A stretch of DNA of 64,000 bases from Kondoa subrosea (taxonomy: Eukaryota). The position numbers were made by a program, and so were the translations under genes. Position 1 is the first letter of the stretch. Each line of letters begins with the position of its first letter. The stretch is from assembly GCA_039545335.1 (NCBI GenBank), contig BCIN01000001.1, forward strand, positions 1,472,604 through 1,536,603. Direction: 5' to 3'. The notes under the pieces were generated by a model, which was given only the letters and a program-made list of their open reading frames with translations, was not told the DNA's origin and ran no database searches. Shown piece after piece: positions 63,126 to 64,000 of the stretch.

Positions 63126-63788
63126 TCAACTCAAAGTGCTTTCATCGGTAGTTGCTGCACTTGGGCGGCGAAGAGATATAGCGTCGCTGACCAAAGGCTG
63201 AGAGAGTGACTTCCTGATGATTGTAGGCCTGTTGATTCTTCTGTCGAACGAATTCACCCGGGCCAATTCTGCTTCCTCTTTCTCTTGCAGTTGTTTCCTA
63301 TAAGTGCTCAACTTCATGAATGACAATTTCCTCGGCCTCATCTTAGGTTGCGAGTCTTTGTTGAAGTGCGAGGATGAAACAGGTGAAGGTGGGGCAGATT
63401 TGACAGCAGAGGGATATAAAGGGTTGCCTGAAAACATTTCCTTTGTCTCTTCTTCTTCTGCCAACACTTCTTCTTCTGTTGTTGTTGGTAAAGGTTTGTT
63501 GATTTGCATAGTGAGCAAGTAGCAGGAAATAGCTTCCTGCAATAAATTATGTCGATACCCAGCGGAAGGTGTTCGAGCCAGTGGTTCAAATTCTTCTTCT
63601 TCAATGGGTTTCGAAACAGAAGATTGTCTGCTGTGAGAAGAGGTAGCAGGAGTGGAATAGGTCGCTTCGCTTGCAATAGAGGAAGAAGCCAAGGAAGAAT
63701 CCGAAAAGGATTGTCTGACTCTTCCGAAAGTACTAGAGATTATAGATGGTCGGCGACGAAGCGATGCGCTCCTTCTGTGGGCGAACAT
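63126..63788 (-). CDS. Hypothetical Ser/Arg-rich protein (220 aa)
   Basis: Single 220-codon ORF with ATG start; many RRxS sites; no recognisable domain. Confidence 0.5.
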   Translation of the reverse strand: MFAHRRSASLRRRPSIISSTFGRVRQSFSDSSLASSSIASEATYSTPATSSHSRQSSVSKPIEEEEFEPLARTPSAGYRHNLLQEAISCYLLTMQINKPLPTTTEEEVLAEEEETKEMFSGNPLYPSAVKSAPPSPVSSSHFNKDSQPKMRPRKLSFMKLSTYRKQLQEKEEAELARVNSFDRRINRPTIIRKSLSQPLVSDAISLRRPSAATTDESTLS

Positions 63789-64000
63789 CGTTCCTGTTTC
63801 ACTTTGATCATCTTCTGCACTTGCTATTGCGAAGTCTTGTGCAGTTGGACAAGAAAAGCTTCTTGAATGACCTGGACTAGCGTGAGCTCTAGTTGAGTGA
63901 CATTGATCAAGGGAGGACAGACCACCATTGAAGTGAGTTTTGGGAGGTAGACTGGGAGGGATTTCGAACGAGAATGATAGATCAGGCGAAGTTGGTTCTT

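Overview
Very compact, intron-rich fungal genomic DNA with many ~45-65 nt introns and several microexons. It is most likely from a basidiomycete yeast (inferred from gene content and intron style). About 31 protein-coding genes were reconstructed by hand-splicing. Most are housekeeping genes: HIS4, ATG14-like, RPT4, RPL11, SmB, ureG, GRASP/GRH1, CUL1, DPB11/TopBP1-like, POL12, YCH1/Cdc25-like, COX20, BMS1 and ERG24. The accessory content is a tandem array of three fatty acyl-CoA reductase-like (NAD_binding_4) genes with peroxisomal PTS1 signals (the third copy carries two frameshifts) plus several orphan genes. The most striking signals concern gene architecture: (i) a 47-nt intron in an acyl-CoA dehydrogenase gene that is a near-perfect tandem duplicate of the following exon, which looks like intron birth caught in the act; (ii) a probable U2-type AT-AC intron; (iii) 1-nt intron sliding and intron gain/loss between tandem paralogs; (iv) 3-8 nt microexons; (v) extreme gene packing, with 30- and 70-nt same-strand gaps, 34 nt between divergent ATGs, and overlapping stop codons. 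No RNA genes, transposons or CRISPR arrays were recognised. All exon structures are manual predictions without transcript evidence.
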